NCBI GenBank assembly: GCA_034004115.1
Contig: JAVEXG010000003.1
Location: 4,753-68,752 of the forward strand
Reading direction: 5' to 3'
Length of the DNA stretch: 64,000 nucleotides
Origin: Bacteroidales bacterium
Lineage (GTDB): Bacteria; Bacteroidota; Bacteroidia; Bacteroidales; VadinHA17
Both the position numbers and the translations under genes were made by a program. Under the pieces are notes generated by a model. The model was given only the letters and a program-made list of their open reading frames with translations. It did no database searches and had not been told where the DNA came from. Positions 37,179 to 46,800 of this stretch are shown here, one piece after another. Each line of letters begins with the position of its first letter. Within the stretch, counting starts at the first letter, position 1.

Positions 37179-38425
37179 TTGCCTGTTTTTTTTGAGGCGA
37201 TGTAATACAATGTGGAACAATTCTCCGGATTAAGGTACCGGATTGCTGCATCCATTATCATTGGTTTGGTTACAGCCCGGTAGTTTTCAATTTCCCTGTT
37301 TATCCGGGATGCATCACCAAGCAACTCATAAACCGACAGATTGAGTGCCTTGTTAAGTATGCTCGTATTTGACAGTACGGATGATGACTCGTATCTGTTC
37401 TTCACCTTGTCGATCTCAGTATCCGCGGGGACTGTATCTTTTAGTTCGTCAATGACCTGAATGACAGCTTTTTCGGCTAATTCGACATTAACGCCTTTCA
37501 TTAGTTTTCCAGTCACGATCACAAGTCCCGGATCCAGGTCAGATGTTATATATGCATTTATCTCACTGAAAAGGTTAAGATCCCTTACGACCCTGTTGTA
37601 AAGCCGGCCTGATTCTCCCCCTGCCAGCAGGTCGGTTATCAGATCCATTGTATTGAAATCGGAGCCGGAGCGGGGTCCCATGTGCCATGCTTTGTAAAGA
37701 GCAGAAGCAGGCAGATTCCTTTCAACTGTCATACGTCTTTCTTCGGTCTGGACAGGTTCGGAGGGCAGGCTCCTGGCATGCTGTTCGCCTGAGGGGACAG
37801 AGCCAAACCATTTTTGCGCCAGATCGTATGCCCTGTCGGGAGTAATATTGCCGGTAAGGGTTAAAATTGCCTTGCCCGGATTATAATGACGGCTGAAGAA
37901 GTACTGAACATCCTCTAGTTTTATTCTTTGGATGTGCGAGGGATCAATTCCTATTGTCGGCCACCTGTAAGGGTGAGTCGTGTAAGCCAGCGGCCTCAGC
38001 CGGAGCATGGCGTCGCCGTAGGGCTGATTTAGATACCTTTGCTTGAATTCTTCAATTACAACACTTTTCTGGACATCCAGTTTTCTTCCGGTAAAATCCG
38101 GGGCCAGCATCCTGTCGGACTCGAGCCAGAATGCAGTCTCTATGTTTCCGGAGGGAAGTGTGAGGTAATAGTTGGTTATGTCGTTATTTGTGAATGCATT
38201 GTTCTCTCCTCCTGCAATCTGAAGTGGGAGATCGTATTCCGGAATGTTACTGGTGCCGCCATACATAAGGTGTTCAACAAGATGCGCCATCCCGGTGAGT
38301 GAGGGATCTTCATCCCTCGAACCGGCATCATAAAGAACGTTCATGGCAACCAGGGGTGTTGACCGATCCTCATGCACTAACAACCTCAATCCGTTATCCA
38401 GCCTGTAACTCCTGAATTCTACCAT
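37175..38425 (-). CDS. M16-family zinc peptidase (pitrilysin/insulinase type), catalytic-type subunit
   Basis: 416 aa. Inverted zinc motif 'HLVEHLMYGG' (HxxEH) near the N-terminus. Confidence 0.85.
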   Translation of the reverse strand: MVEFRSYRLDNGLRLLVHEDRSTPLVAMNVLYDAGSRDEDPSLTGMAHLVEHLMYGGTSNIPEYDLPLQIAGGENNAFTNNDITNYYLTLPSGNIETAFWLESDRMLAPDFTGRKLDVQKSVVIEEFKQRYLNQPYGDAMLRLRPLAYTTHPYRWPTIGIDPSHIQRIKLEDVQYFFSRHYNPGKAILTLTGNITPDRAYDLAQKWFGSVPSGEQHARSLPSEPVQTEERRMTVERNLPASALYKAWHMGPRSGSDFNTMDLITDLLAGGESGRLYNRVVRDLNLFSEINAYITSDLDPGLVIVTGKLMKGVNVELAEKAVIQVIDELKDTVPADTEIDKVKNRYESSSVLSNTSILNKALNLSVYELLGDASRINREIENYRAVTKPMIMDAAIRYLNPENCSTLYYIASKKTGK

Positions 38426-38502
38426 CGCCGGGAAATTTAGAAAAAGACAAACTTAATTAAAAAACCAAGACGCTTTGTTAATGTTTTTATCTTTGCAGGG
38501 CT

Positions 38503-40278
38503 ATGCCGATAATCAGGTTTTTCAGAAAACTAGTTACGAATCAATTAAGTGAGATCGATCAGTCGAGGCTCATTTATTTCCTCGCACTGGTTGTTGGACT
38601 GTTCAGCTCTATTGCTGCTGCAGTGCTTAAGAATTCCATCCATTACACCCGAAGAATACTTACCGAGGGCATAACACCTGAATCAGGAAGCTATCTTTAT
38701 CTTATTTACCCTGTTCTCGGTATACTGCTGACCGTATTGTTTGTAAAGTACATTGTGAAGGACAATATCGAACACGGTGTGAGCCGGGTGCTTCATTCCA
38801 TATCAAGAAAGAAAAGCAGGATCAACAGCCATAATAACTGGACCTCTCTTCTGGCAAGTACTGTTACAATTGGTTTCGGCGGATCAGTGGGAGCGGAGGC
38901 CCCTATTGTTCTGACCGGTTCATCGATCGGTTCAACTGTCGGAAGGTATTTCGGCCTCAATTACAGGTATGTGACACTGCTCATAGGCTGCGGTGCTGCT
39001 GGTGCTGTGTCGGGAATATTCAAGGCTCCCATTGCAGGGATTGTCTTCACTCTTGAGGTACTCCTTCTTGATCTTACCATGTCGTCGATAGTACCGCTTC
39101 TCATATCATCGGTCACTGCAGCAACAGTGGCGTATTTCCTTATGGGTGACAATGTTCTTCTCTCATTTACGATAACTGGTGCTTTCAACATACGTAACAT
39201 CCCCTGGTACCTTCTTCTGGGAGGGATTACAGGTTTGGTTTCCGTATACTTTACCAGGCTGACTCTGTTTCTTGAGGCCAGGTATAAGGAGATCCGCAAT
39301 ATTTATATCAGGCTGCTGGCAGGAGGACTGGTCCTTGGAATTCTTGTTTTTCTCTTCCCTGCTTTCTATGGGGAGGGTTATGATGCAATAATGGCTCTTC
39401 TTGAAGGAGAATCTGAATCATTGTTCCGGAGTTCGCTGTTTTCAAAGCTGGGAGGCGGATACATGGTGTTCTCACTTTTCTTCCTCTGTCTTATCCTGCT
39501 GAAGGTGGTCGCCAGCAGCTCAACTACAGGTGCCGGAGGCGTAGGAGGGATCTTTGCCCCAACACTGTTTCTGGGCGGGGTTACTGGTTTTCTGACAGCC
39601 AGCCTTTTGAACAAATTCGCATTGCTGGACCTTCCCGATAACCGTTTTGTTCTGGTCGGAATGGCCGGGACAATGGCAGCAGTTATGCATGCCCCACTGA
39701 CAGCCATCTTCCTTATAGCGGAAATAACCGGCGGCTATTCCCTGCTTTTACCGCTGATCATTACTTCAACCACAGCCTATATAACAATTAAAGGCTTTGA
39801 ACGGCACTCAATCTATCACGTTCAGCTTGCTGAAAAAGGCGAACTTATAACCCACGACAAGGACAAGGCAGTTCTTACAATGATGGACTGGAAGAAGGAA
39901 ATTGAAAGAGACCTGACTACGGTCCGTGCATCCGATAACCTCGGGGAACTCGTCAAAACGATATCTAAATCGTCCAGGAATATTTTTCCTGTTGTCGATG
40001 AGTACAACATTCTTCAGGGAGTTGTCCATCTTGATGATGTGCGGGAGATCATGTTCAACAGCGACCTGTATAAAACAGTCTTTGTAAAGGATATGATGAC
40101 AATACCTCCTTCATATCTTGATCTGGGCGAAAACGTTGAAGCCGTTATGGAGGCATTTACAAAAACAGATGCATGGAACCTGCCCGTGCTGGACAAGGGT
40201 TACTATGTTGGATTTTTGTCTAAATCCAGAATATTCGGTACTTACCGCGATTTGCTCGTTCAGTTTTCCGAGGAATAG
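38503..40278 (+). CDS. ClC-family chloride channel/antiporter with C-terminal CBS pair
   Basis: 591 aa. Selectivity motifs 'GGSVGAEAPIV' and 'GGIFAPTLFLG', about 10 TM helices, and a CBS-like C-terminus ('IFPVVDEYNILQGVVHLDDV','WNLPVLDKGYYVGFLS'). Confidence 0.9.
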   Translation: MPIIRFFRKLVTNQLSEIDQSRLIYFLALVVGLFSSIAAAVLKNSIHYTRRILTEGITPESGSYLYLIYPVLGILLTVLFVKYIVKDNIEHGVSRVLHSISRKKSRINSHNNWTSLLASTVTIGFGGSVGAEAPIVLTGSSIGSTVGRYFGLNYRYVTLLIGCGAAGAVSGIFKAPIAGIVFTLEVLLLDLTMSSIVPLLISSVTAATVAYFLMGDNVLLSFTITGAFNIRNIPWYLLLGGITGLVSVYFTRLTLFLEARYKEIRNIYIRLLAGGLVLGILVFLFPAFYGEGYDAIMALLEGESESLFRSSLFSKLGGGYMVFSLFFLCLILLKVVASSSTTGAGGVGGIFAPTLFLGGVTGFLTASLLNKFALLDLPDNRFVLVGMAGTMAAVMHAPLTAIFLIAEITGGYSLLLPLIITSTTAYITIKGFERHSIYHVQLAEKGELITHDKDKAVLTMMDWKKEIERDLTTVRASDNLGELVKTISKSSRNIFPVVDEYNILQGVVHLDDVREIMFNSDLYKTVFVKDMMTIPPSYLDLGENVEAVMEAFTKTDAWNLPVLDKGYYVGFLSKSRIFGTYRDLLVQFSEE

Positions 40279-40452
40279 AACCTGGAAAGTCAAAATTTCT
40301 GCCCTGTCATTTGTATTAATTAAGCTAAGGATGCATCAGGACTTATCCTATTTGCATTATATTTGTCAATGGGAGAGGATGTCCGTTTAAACGGCGGTCC
40401 AAGGACCTGACAAATCAACCTAATGTAAAATATTGAAAATTATATACTTATT

Positions 40453-41730
40453 ATGAAAGACACATTGATCTTCGATCTTATCGAGAAGGAACGTCAGCGG
40501 CAGCTGAACGGAATCGAGCTGATTGCTTCGGAAAATTTTGTCAGTCAGCAGGTGCTGGACTCCATGGGATCGGTCCTGACTAATAAATATGCAGAAGGTT
40601 ATCCGGGAAACAGGTATTACGGAGGATGCGAGATAGTCGATCAGACTGAGCAGATCGCAATCGACAGGCTGAAACAGCTCTTCGGTGCCGAATATGCAAA
40701 CGTTCAGCCACATTCCGGCGCCCAGGCTAATATGGCCGTTTTCTTTGCAGTCATGAAACCAGGTGATACGTTTATGGGATTAAACCTGGCACACGGCGGA
40801 CATCTTTCGCACGGATCTCCTGTTAATTCATCAGGGATACTCTACAGGCCGGTAGCCTACAGTGTAAAGGAAGCTGACGGACTTGTCGATTATGATATGA
40901 TGGAAGAACTTGCACTGAAAGAAAAGCCAAAAATGATAATCGGCGGCGCATCAGCATATTCACGCGAGTGGGATTATGAAAGGATGAGAAAGATTGCAGA
41001 TGCTGTCGGCGCCATGCTGGTTGTGGATATGGCACATCCCGCCGGACTGATTGCGGCCGGCCTGCTTAAAAATCCGCTGAAATACGCTCACATTGTTACT
41101 TCAACCACTCATAAAACGCTGAGGGGGCCCAGAGGCGGAATTATTCTGATGGGTAAGGATTTTGTAAATCCATGGGGAATTACAACAACAAAGGGTGAGG
41201 TAAGGATGATGTCCTCACTGTTGAACTCAGCTGTTTTCCCCGGAGTTCAGGGTGGTCCGCTCGAGCATGTAATTGCATCCAAAGCCGTTGCATTCGGAGA
41301 GGCCCTCCTGCCTGAGTTCGGCTTATACCAGGCGCGGGTTAAAAAGAACGCCGCAGTAATGGCTGAGGCATTTATGGATTTAGGCTACAAGGTTATATCA
41401 AACGGAACGGACAATCACCTGCTGCTTATAGACCTGCGGACAAAATTCCCGGATATTTCCGGAAAAAAAGCTGAAAATACCCTTGTGCTGTCGCATATTA
41501 CTGTCAACAAGAACATGGTGCCCTTCGATTCCAGATCACCGTTCCTTACATCAGGTCTACGGATTGGAACCCCGGCTATTACAACCAGGGGGTTGAAGGA
41601 AGAACACATGGGAGTCATAGTCAATCTTATTGATGATGTTCTCTCAAATATTGATGATCAGGGAGTTGTGAAAACAGTGGGGGACAAGGTGAAAGACATG
41701 ATGAAACCGTTTCCGCTCTTTAGCTATTAA
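40453..41730 (+). CDS. glyA: serine hydroxymethyltransferase
   Basis: 425 aa. '[11 protein letters not shown]', '[15 protein letters not shown]' and the PLP-Lys motif '[15 protein letters not shown]'. Confidence 0.97.
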   Translation: MKDTLIFDLIEKERQRQLNGIELIASENFVSQQVLDSMGSVLTNKYAEGYPGNRYYGGCEIVDQTEQIAIDRLKQLFGAEYANVQPHSGAQANMAVFFAVMKPGDTFMGLNLAHGGHLSHGSPVNSSGILYRPVAYSVKEADGLVDYDMMEELALKEKPKMIIGGASAYSREWDYERMRKIADAVGAMLVVDMAHPAGLIAAGLLKNPLKYAHIVTSTTHKTLRGPRGGIILMGKDFVNPWGITTTKGEVRMMSSLLNSAVFPGVQGGPLEHVIASKAVAFGEALLPEFGLYQARVKKNAAVMAEAFMDLGYKVISNGTDNHLLLIDLRTKFPDISGKKAENTLVLSHITVNKNMVPFDSRSPFLTSGLRIGTPAITTRGLKEEHMGVIVNLIDDVLSNIDDQGVVKTVGDKVKDMMKPFPLFSY

Positions 41731-41748
41731 TAACGACTTGCCTTAAGG

Positions 41749-42642
41749 CTATCTCAGAACAAAGATATATGTGATGGTTCCCTTCTGAACGGCCGGTGCA
41801 TCGGACTTGGGATCGAATCTTGCCTTAAGCGCTGCTTCCTTTGCCACCCTGAGAAGATTTTCTTCGAGAGTTGTAGAGCCTTTAACCCCGGGGATTGCCT
41901 GAATCACTTTTCCAGACCTGTCGACACTGACTTCAACCACGACCTTGCCTTCGACCTGATACTCATAGTTTGGCTTTGGCAGCGACTGAAATCCTCTTCC
42001 CTCCAGAAAGAAGGAGACACCCTGGTTGCCCAGTCCGCTTCCTTCACCCCTGTTCTGGGAGTCAACCGATCCTGTAGGTACACCCTGGTTCCCTGCTCCG
42101 CCGGCCACACCTTCACTTGTGGAGGTGGTGCCTGCATTTTTTGAGCCGGCCAGGGCGTCACGGGTTTTATTCTTAATATCGGCTGCTCTCTTCTGTTCAG
42201 CCTCAATCCTTTTTCTCTCAGCCTCTTCAGCTTCCTTCCTCTTTCTCTCAGCCTCAATCTGCTCTCTTATTTTTCTGTCGGCCTCAATCTTTTCGAGTCT
42301 CTTTCTTTCAGCTTCCGGATCCACTTTCTTTACCTCGGGAGCCTCCTCTGTGTCCTGAGTTAGGATGGCTTCTTCGTTCTGAATGTTTTGCGACACCTGC
42401 GGAGGAGGACTTGCGGGCTCGGTCTCGACCGGAGGAGCAGACGGTTCTATCATTCCAAGACCGGTCTCATCCAAACCGAAATTAACCAGGATTCCTTCTT
42501 CCGTTTCAGGCGGTTCGGGAGCGGTGAAGGCAACAATGATCAGAAGCACCATCGTAATCAGGCCGATTATTGATGTGCCGATGATTCCCTTATTCCTTTC
42601 GCTGGGAATATTCCTTATGCTGTTATTTAGCTGAGGTTGCAA
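41749..42642 (-). CDS. tonB: TonB-family energy transducer
   Basis: 297 aa. N-terminal TM anchor, Pro-rich spacer, charged repeat region ('EAERKRKEAEEAERKRIEAEQKR') and a C-terminal TonB domain ('GKVVVEVSVDRSGKVIQA'). The first codon is TTG at 42642 and it overlaps the exbD end by 20 nt, so the start is uncertain. Confidence 0.75.
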   Translation of the reverse strand: MQPQLNNSIRNIPSERNKGIIGTSIIGLITMVLLIIVAFTAPEPPETEEGILVNFGLDETGLGMIEPSAPPVETEPASPPPQVSQNIQNEEAILTQDTEEAPEVKKVDPEAERKRLEKIEADRKIREQIEAERKRKEAEEAERKRIEAEQKRAADIKNKTRDALAGSKNAGTTSTSEGVAGGAGNQGVPTGSVDSQNRGEGSGLGNQGVSFFLEGRGFQSLPKPNYEYQVEGKVVVEVSVDRSGKVIQAIPGVKGSTTLEENLLRVAKEAALKARFDPKSDAPAVQKGTITYIFVLR

Positions 42643-43015
42643 TTATCAGTTTATAATTATTTGCCTGAGCAATGTTAAGTACTGCCACAACTGTCTCGAA
42701 AGGTACGTTTTTATCCGCATGCAGCGAAATATATGTCTCGGGATTTGCTCCCAGCTTTTCCTTCAGGAGAGCTTCCATCGTCTCAAGCGTAACAGGCTGC
42801 TGTTCCAGAAAATACTTCTGATCGGCAGTGATTGAAATCGTTGTCTGCGGCTTTGCCGAGGTTTGTGTGCTGCCTTTCGGTAAAAGAAGCTTGAGGGCGG
42901 TAGGATGAACCAGCGTCGAAGTAAGCATGAAGAAGATGAGAAGGTTGAAAACAACATCTGTCATCCCTGTCGAGCTGAAACTGATACTTATTTTATTTCT
43001 TTGGGATAATGCCAT
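42623..43015 (-). CDS. exbD: ExbD/TolR biopolymer transport protein
   Basis: 130 aa. 'MTDVVFNLLIFFM' TM helix plus a periplasmic domain. It lies immediately downstream of exbB. Confidence 0.82.
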   Translation of the reverse strand: MALSQRNKISISFSSTGMTDVVFNLLIFFMLTSTLVHPTALKLLLPKGSTQTSAKPQTTISITADQKYFLEQQPVTLETMEALLKEKLGANPETYISLHADKNVPFETVVAVLNIAQANNYKLIIATSAK

Positions 43016-43016
43016 G

Positions 43017-43706
43017 TCAACGACCTGTTTTTAATGGTTCATTCAGAATATCCAGAAATTCAGTCATCGTGGCCTCAAGGCTGAAAACAACCTTTTCAGT
43101 CCTGACTACCAGTGTATTGTAGGCAAAATAACCAAGGATTCCTACAATAAGTCCGGCGACAGTGGTTATCAGAGCTGTATAAATACCACCCGACATCATT
43201 GAAACATCAATATTGTTTCCTGCCTGTTCCATATTGTAGAACGATCGAACCATTCCAATTACAGTTCCAAGAAATCCTAGCATTGGTTCAGCTCCTGCAA
43301 TTGTTGCCAGAGTGGGAAAGCCTCTTTCGAGTTTTGATATCTCCAGTTTGCCTACATTCTCAACAGCTGTTGAAATGTCGTGGAGGGGCCTTCCGAGCCT
43401 GCTTATTCCCTTCTCGATCATCCGGGCCGACGGAGAATCGGTCGATTTGCAAAGCGCCATAGCGGCATCTATCTTACCGTCATGTATATAGTCCTTTATC
43501 CTGTTCATAAAATTGGTATCCTGCCGTGATGCCCTTTTTATAACATAGAACCTTTCAATGAAAATGTAAGTGGCAATCAGGAATAAAAGGAAGATAGGTA
43601 TCATAACCCATCCTCCCTTGATTGCAAAATCCAGGAGTGTCAGCCTCTGTGCAGCCGTAACCGCAGTTTCCTGTCCCTCCTGCATAAGTAATTGTAGAAA
43701 TCCCAT
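43017..43706 (-). CDS. exbB: MotA/TolQ/ExbB proton channel
   Basis: 229 aa. Three TM helices and 'LATIAGAEPMLGFLGTVIGMV', typical of ExbB/TolQ. Confidence 0.85.
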   Translation of the reverse strand: MGFLQLLMQEGQETAVTAAQRLTLLDFAIKGGWVMIPIFLLFLIATYIFIERFYVIKRASRQDTNFMNRIKDYIHDGKIDAAMALCKSTDSPSARMIEKGISRLGRPLHDISTAVENVGKLEISKLERGFPTLATIAGAEPMLGFLGTVIGMVRSFYNMEQAGNNIDVSMMSGGIYTALITTVAGLIVGILGYFAYNTLVVRTEKVVFSLEATMTEFLDILNEPLKTGR

Positions 43707-43848
43707 ATTTCCCCTGTTATTAATTTATTATAAATGAATTAATTATCATGCTCCTGCAATTATTGCTCGTGCGAATGTATTAAAAAACGGAAAACCGGCC
43801 CAGTCTATTATTGTGTGTTAATAACATTATCACATTATTTATCAACTC

Positions 43849-46800
43849 TCATTCTTCCACCGTCACTTCCTCCTCTTTCCTGAATTCTGTGGGTGACTTT
43901 TTTTTAAAGATGTCTGACAATTTGTTGAAATCCTGCCTCAGAGAGAATCCCAGCCCCTGGGTGTAGGGTGCTCCCTTTCCGGTGTAGGGGTTGTTATATC
44001 TGTTGAAGACCTTGAATCTCAGTTTTTCTGTCAACCTGTATTCTATATCGAAATCTCCGATAAGAGGTGTCTCTTCAGTCTCTGTACCGGTAACATCGAA
44101 ATTTCCGTTTATTGTTACCTTGTCATTTAGTAGCTGGGTAGAAAGGGCCACCTGGAGCTGTTGTGAACTTAAATCCTTGGTCCCGGGCGTATAAAGGAAC
44201 CCTACGTCAAAATCGTTGCTGATCTGCGACAGCCAGTTGCTCAGCTGGTTCGATAGCATCTCGGTTGTTGTGACAGCCATAGCCGATGTTCCCGTTCCGG
44301 TAACTCCCGATGAGGCACGGTAGGAGGGATCAGCATAAAAGCTGTTCATCACAAGAAGGTAGATGAACTGCTTGCTCTTTTCCTCTTCGGTGGTTATGGC
44401 ATTTCTAAGGTATGTCCTTGTCTCCTCGTCAGCATTCGGAAGATAGATGTTGAATCCGACAACAGGATTGAACAGGTTCCCTGAGAGATTTAGCTGGGGT
44501 TCAACCGGTATCCTGGCTTCATATTTGGGATCCTGCAGTATCGGAAACAGGATAGGAGAGAGAGATGTCTTTATATTCCTGTATTTTGCAGTGAGATCGA
44601 TCTCAGCACTTTCTATATTTCCGTTGAAACTTATTTTCCCTCCTTTTTCAACTTCAAACTTTTTGTTGAGGATGTTTTTGAGTGTGAAAAGATAATCACC
44701 TTCCTCTATGGCGTAATCCCCGAAGATTTTGAATTCTCCATTCCTGTTAAGACTGATATTGAGCTTGCCGGAACCATTGCCCCTTATCACGTCACCTGCT
44801 TTGGGATCAATAAGGAGCTGCACCTCAGCATCGGGAGTGACATCCAGGTCAAAATTAAGCTCGAGCGACGATCCTGTCGATGTCGAGGCAGCGTTTTTAA
44901 GGTCCTTTTCCTTCGCCATCATTGCGGAGTCGTGATTAACGAAAGTGACGAAGGAAGATTCAGAAACCGACATGCCGGAATTGAGAGGTATGAAGAGGCT
45001 TGTCCCGCTTCCTGTTTTTGCAGAGATATCAAATGAAAGAGTGTTGGGACCGCTCTTTATTGTGGTCACACCCGAAACGTATGCGGTTCCATAGAAAAGC
45101 TCGTTGTCGCCCTGGCTTGTATTGAGTACAAGGCAGTCGTTCTTGTCCATATTGACTGTCAGATCAACAGTGAAATCCTTGAATGATTTATGATAAACGG
45201 CACCGGTGAGCACGGCGGTATTACCTTCTTCATCCGTTATCCCTGTATTCCTGAACCTGATTCCGCGCCTGTCGAACCGTATTGAATCGTTTATTGAATA
45301 GCGTGTCTGGAGATAATCGATCTTGAGTGACGTGTTTTCAGGCATGAGAGAGCCTGTGAGGACCAGCTCGCCAGGTGCCCCGGTGACCTTTACCCTGCCT
45401 GATACAGTACCCTTTATGTCGGACGCAAAAAAACTCAGAAGCGGATTGAGTGCATGAACTGGCAGGTTTGTAGCGACTCCGTCAATCCTGAATTGCTTGA
45501 TACCGGGATCATAAAAGCCCGACAAATCAAAGTTTCTGAGGCCGTTCAGGTTGTTTCTCGCGCTCAGATCAGCAACTTTTTTCTGAGAATTCCACTGGGA
45601 AATAACCGATACATCCCCGTAATTACCGCCGAGTATTGAAAATCCGGCAATACTGAGGTCACTTTGGATGAGAGGATTCTTCAAAGCACTTGAAATCACA
45701 ATATTACCGTTTACTACACCCCTGATGTCAAGAAGGAGCGGGTCCTTGACGGCATTTTCAGCCTGCTTCGCCGGACTGTTCAGGGGACTCAGGTCTATAC
45801 CGTTAAACAACAGTTTCAGGGTGTCATTCTGATTCCCGGAAACAGAGCCGTCGGCAATATAGGAATGGGCTCCGCTTGAGACCACGAAACGGTTGATTTT
45901 TGTTGATGCTGAATCAATGAGGATCGATGACTTTCTTACTGTCCATGTTTTATTTGATGTGGTAACATCCGTTGAGTCGATGTCGATCCGGAGAAAAGAT
46001 CCTGTTCTGCCGTCATCCCTGGGAATGAACGATCCCCTCGAAATAAAGGCCCCCTTACTTATTTTTCCGATCCTGTCATTCCAGTCGAGGTCGAAGTTGA
46101 ATTTGTCCGATCCTGCATTGAAACCTGCCCGGAATTCCTTCAGGTCGGCTCTTCCCAGAACCAGCACCGATGTGCTCCTCAGGTCGGCCATAAATTCCGA
46201 TTCCGAATAGAGCGCTTTCAGTGAAAAGTTGCTGAAGGTATTGTTCTTGAAAACAAGCTTTTTTGCATCTGCAGACACACTTATCAGGCTGTCCCTGTAA
46301 AATGATCCGTTAATGGTGCTCTTTTCTGAGAGAAGAAGGCCTGTCTTGAAGAAATTGTTCAGTTTGTCGGTGTTCCTGAATCTGACACTATATGTGAATT
46401 CATTTGCTGAAAGCCCGCCTGAAAGCTCAGGAGCAGTGAATTTTGAAGGAAGGAGGGTGGCCAGGGCTGATTTCAGAACCATCCCTATTTCGCCAAACTT
46501 ATAATAGCCCCTCAGGTCGGCATCAACAAAATCGGTCTTTACGGAAAGGGCAGGCTTGCCGCCTTCATTAAAAGCCTTCAGGGTAAAGTCGTACAAATCG
46601 AGTTTGTTGCCGTATTTCTTTATCGTTGAATTAAGCAGCCTTATTTCACCGAAAAGGTTGTCGATGTTGTTTCCCCTGAAATTTGCAGTTGCCAGCATGG
46701 AAAGTCCAGCTGTGGTGTCGCTTTTGTCAAAATTCAGCCTGTAAAGGTTCGATTCAGCAAGATTGAGGGTTAAATCAAATTCGGGCAGCTCGTTGCTGAA

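Noticed and set aside
40279-40452. A possible riboswitch (ZTP/pfl or THF) in the 174-nt leader upstream of glyA, which contains the palindrome CCGTTTAAACGG.
   Set aside because: I could not find the conserved cores as I remember them (ZTP '...GGGCGGA...CCGCCUGGGC', THF 'GAGUAG...GCGUUAAG...CCGCUC'). A single short palindrome is not evidence. A covariance-model scan (Rfam/Infernal) would settle it.
42026-42358. A 110-aa plus-strand ORF rich in Ser/Leu/Phe repeats.
   Set aside because: It is antisense to the charged EAERKR-repeat region of tonB. The repetitive GAA/GCT/AAG codons keep the opposite frame open.
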